From a virus, in the IMG/VR virus record IMGVR_UViG_3300006735_000023, positions 1 to 64,000 of that record: a DNA stretch of 64,000 nt, one strand, 5' to 3'. Positions 61,216 to 64,000 of the stretch are shown here, piece after piece. Position numbers and translations under genes: made by a program. Each line of letters opens with the position of its first letter. Position 1 is the stretch's first letter. The notes beneath the pieces were generated by a model. The model did no database searches. It had not been told where the DNA came from and saw only the letters and a list, made by a program, of their open reading frames with translations.

Positions 61216-63553
61216 AATAAAAGTACCACCTAAGGCAAATCTTAGAATTTTTTGGGAAGACAAAGCGGAAAACTACACCCAACAACGAAGAAAAAAAGTT
61301 GAGTCATACTTTAGAAACAAATACGGAGTAAAAAAAGTTAACCTAATTTTCAAACCAACAAAAATTAATGAAAAAACAGGAAAAGTAGAAATAGACATTA
61401 GTGAGAATATAATGGATGATAATTACCAAAAAAAGTTATTTGCATCCTGGTTAAGTTTAACAAATCATGAAGTTGAGTGGGAAAGATTACTAGCTCTAAA
61501 CACTAAAGTCCAAGAAAAATTAGAACAAGAAAGAGATATTGATTATAGACATCGTACTTGGAAAATTAAAAAAATAGAATTTGATAATTTTTTATCTTTT
61601 GGTGAGGGCAATGTTGTTGATTATTCTAAATTAAATGGAATTAGTGTTGTTTCATCATCTCCTCCTAATTTTGGAGGTAAAACTATTTTTTGTTTAGATC
61701 TTCTACTATTCCTATTGTTTAATACCACAACCAGAACCTCAAAAACTATAGAAATTTTTAATAAATATTCAAATCAAGATAGAGTAAGGGTTAAAGGGTA
61801 TCTGATTATTGATAATGAAGAGTATAGTATTGAAAGAGGTATTATACGTAGAAAAACTAAAAAAGGAGATTGGGCGGTAAAGACAGAACTAAGATTTCAA
61901 AAAATAATGGAGGATGGGTCGGTATTGAATTTAGAAGGAGAACAAAGAAGAGAAACAGATGAACTTATAAAGAAAAGTATAGGAACATATGACGATTTTA
62001 TGGCAACAATAATTTCTACCGCTTCCAACCTAGAAAACCTAATTGAAACTAAACCAACGGAAAGAGGTAAAACACTCTCTAAATTCATAGGATTAGAAAT
62101 ATTAGAAAATAAAGAAAAAATAGCCAAAGAAATGTATTCCAACTGGAATAAAACATTAAAGATGAATCTTTATAATACCGAAGAGTTAAAAAATGATAAT
62201 AAAATTCTTAAAGAAGATATAGAAGAAGATGAAAAATTAAAAGTTGGAGAAAACGCGTTATTAAAACAACTTGAAAATAATATTGGAGATATTGATAATG
62301 AAAAAGAGTTTTACCTTTCCCAAAAAACAAAGATTGATGATAACTTAACCAAGGTTAAACCCAATGAGATACAAGAAGAAATACAAAAGATTGAAAAAAA
62401 GATAACCGATGCAGATAAACTCTACGAAGAAAGAGAAAAAGAAATAACTAATATTGGGAATACAAATTACGATATTGAAATATACACCTCACTTACACAA
62501 GAAGAAAAGGATGTAGAAATACTCATAGTAAAAAAGAATTCTGAAATTAATGTAAAACAAAATCAAGTTAAAAACTTAGAGAATAGTGAATTTTGTCCAG
62601 TTTGTAAAAGAGCTATGGAAGAAGTGGATCATAGTAAAGAAATAACAGAAGTTAAAAAACAAATTGAAAAATTTGAGGACGAAAAGGTTAAGGAACAAAA
62701 GAGATTAAAAAAAATCCAGGATAAATTAGAAAAACAAAAACAACGTAAAAGTAATTTTGATGAGGTAGAAAAAATTAAAATAACACTTAGTAGGATAGAA
62801 ATTGATAGGGAGAGGTGGGAGTTAGAAATAGAGAGAAAAAAAGAAGTAATAAACAAATACAACACCAATCTTAAAGCAATTGAAAATAATATAGAGATAG
62901 AGAAAAAAATTGTTGATGCTAATTACAGAAAGAGTAAAAAATCTTTAGAAAGAGATAACTCATTAAATAAAATTACAAGTATGTCATCAAGAATTGCGGT
63001 AAATCAAAAAACTCTAACTAATAATGAAAAGATTATTGAAGTTATAAAAAAAGAGGAAGAGATAGATAATGTCTTTAGAGTATTCATTCAAATGGTAGGA
63101 AAAAACGGTATCGGTAAAATTGTTATGAATAATATAATTCCTTCGATTAATAATGAGTTAGAAAGATTGCTAAGTGACACAACTGAGTTTGATGTTAAGT
63201 TAGAACTTAATGAAAGAAAAGAGATAGAATTTCACATGATGGATAGGAAGACTCAAATATCCAAACCTCTAGTCGCTGGTAGTGGATTCGAAAAAACTTT
63301 AGCCTCGTTAGCTCTAAGATGTGTTCTTACTAGAATTAGTTGTTTACCAAAACCTAACATAATTGTTTTAGATGAAATACTAGGTAAGGTATCAAATGAA
63401 AATCTTGAAAGAGTCTCTCAATTCTTTGATAAGGTAAAAGAATATTTCCCTATTGTTATGTTAATCACACATAATGAAATGGTTAAAGACTGGTCTGAAA
63501 AAATATTAACAATAACAAAAAAAGATAACATTAGTTCTATTTGTAGAGTCTAA
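61208..63553 (+). CDS. sbcC: SbcC/Rad50/gp46-like SMC ATPase with N-terminal extension
   Basis: NFLSFG, NFGGKT, zinc hook CPVC, GSGFE signature, IVLDE, ITH. Confidence 0.92.
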   Translation: MTKIKVPPKANLRIFWEDKAENYTQQRRKKVESYFRNKYGVKKVNLIFKPTKINEKTGKVEIDISENIMDDNYQKKLFASWLSLTNHEVEWERLLALNTKVQEKLEQERDIDYRHRTWKIKKIEFDNFLSFGEGNVVDYSKLNGISVVSSSPPNFGGKTIFCLDLLLFLLFNTTTRTSKTIEIFNKYSNQDRVRVKGYLIIDNEEYSIERGIIRRKTKKGDWAVKTELRFQKIMEDGSVLNLEGEQRRETDELIKKSIGTYDDFMATIISTASNLENLIETKPTERGKTLSKFIGLEILENKEKIAKEMYSNWNKTLKMNLYNTEELKNDNKILKEDIEEDEKLKVGENALLKQLENNIGDIDNEKEFYLSQKTKIDDNLTKVKPNEIQEEIQKIEKKITDADKLYEEREKEITNIGNTNYDIEIYTSLTQEEKDVEILIVKKNSEINVKQNQVKNLENSEFCPVCKRAMEEVDHSKEITEVKKQIEKFEDEKVKEQKRLKKIQDKLEKQKQRKSNFDEVEKIKITLSRIEIDRERWELEIERKKEVINKYNTNLKAIENNIEIEKKIVDANYRKSKKSLERDNSLNKITSMSSRIAVNQKTLTNNEKIIEVIKKEEEIDNVFRVFIQMVGKNGIGKIVMNNIIPSINNELERLLSDTTEFDVKLELNERKEIEFHMMDRKTQISKPLVAGSGFEKTLASLALRCVLTRISCLPKPNIIVLDEILGKVSNENLERVSQFFDKVKEYFPIVMLITHNEMVKDWSEKILTITKKDNISSICRV

Positions 63554-63570
63554 TTTTATTTGTATATTTG
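63540..63570 (+). promoter_or_regulatory. Bacteroidota housekeeping-sigma promoter TTTG-N19-TATATTTG
   Basis: TTTG at 63540-63543 and TAnnTTTG at 63563-63570, consensus spacing, upstream of ATG 63594. Confidence 0.7.
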
Positions 63571-63593
63571 TAACATATAAAATCATATATAAA

Positions 63594-64000
63594 ATGAAAA
63601 AATACATATTATTTATTTTTGGTTATGCAAATGAAGAGTTTGTTTTAGAAACATTAGCTGATTTAGAAAAGATAAGCGATGATATAAGATTTATGACTGG
63701 TGATGGGTATGGTATCTATCATTTTGAAAGTAAAGAAACAGCTAAAGAAATTAAGGATATACTTTTTGATTATCTTGACGGAACTATACAGACCTTGTTT
63801 TTATTTTCCTTAGATAGTGAACATTCTATCGAGATGGATAAAGACCTTAAAGATGCATTTTTAGATGCTAAATTTAGTCAGGATGATTTTGAAAAAAAAT
63901 TAAAAAATATAGAAAACAAATATTTAGGTATTGTTGAAAACGAGGAAGAAAGGGTTGGTTTAACTCCCCTTAAAGAGTTATTAAAAATGCATCTAGATAA
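63594..64000 (+). CDS. Hypothetical protein, 3'-truncated (MKKYILFIFGYANEEFV...)
   Basis: Frame open from ATG 63594 to the window end; not in the supplied ORF track. Confidence 0.75.
   Translation, partial: MKKYILFIFGYANEEFVLETLADLEKISDDIRFMTGDGYGIYHFESKETAKEIKDILFDYLDGTIQTLFLFSLDSEHSIEMDKDLKDAFLDAKFSQDDFEKKLKNIENKYLGIVENEEERVGLTPLKELLKMHLD

Noticed and set aside
568-62868. Short minus-strand and alternate-frame ORFs in the track
   Set aside because: All are nested in long + strand genes and look like shadows of biased codon usage or repeats (e.g. 5676-6070, 15612-15839, 35082-35579).
1-64000. Stop-codon reassignment (TAG/TGA recoding)
   Set aside because: Code 11 already gives near-complete coverage with intact genes. 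Read-through of the TAG stops at 6871, 14748, 16588, 51074 and 54042 hits another stop soon and fuses nothing.

Overview
AT-rich, densely coding 64-kb fragment of a large contractile-tailed (myovirus-type) dsDNA jumbo phage. About 40 genes, all on the + strand, in standard code 11. The host is probably Bacteroidota: there is a TTTG-N19-TAnnTTTG promoter and the leaders are A-rich without Shine-Dalgarno sequences. Order: (1) 3' part of the tape-measure gene, a tube/baseplate protein, a LysM-like wedge protein and a 2624-aa hub with a C-terminal TIM-barrel glycosidase-like domain; (2) a replication block (gp32-like SSB, UvsX/RecA, 5'-3' exonuclease, DnaB-like helicase, class II RNR plus two small Cys-rich proteins); (3) a ~34-kb baseplate/fibre block (gp25, gp6, then very large mosaic proteins); (4) RuvC-like resolvase, primase, PD-(D/E)XK nuclease, SbcD and SbcC. 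The most unusual signal is that the baseplate-region proteins are decorated with short Cys-rich modules shared between genes (about 13 GCTD-type repeats, 3 copies of a CADP module, DUF3721-like modules), together with putative glycan-binding and C1q-like domains. Also notable: a split paralogous fibre-attachment domain family with GGGY-terminated partners, an apparent Mre11 cap/RBD relocated onto Rad50, and three promoter classes. No tRNA, rRNA, CRISPR array, transposase, RT or intein was seen. All family calls come from motif recognition by eye, without database searches.
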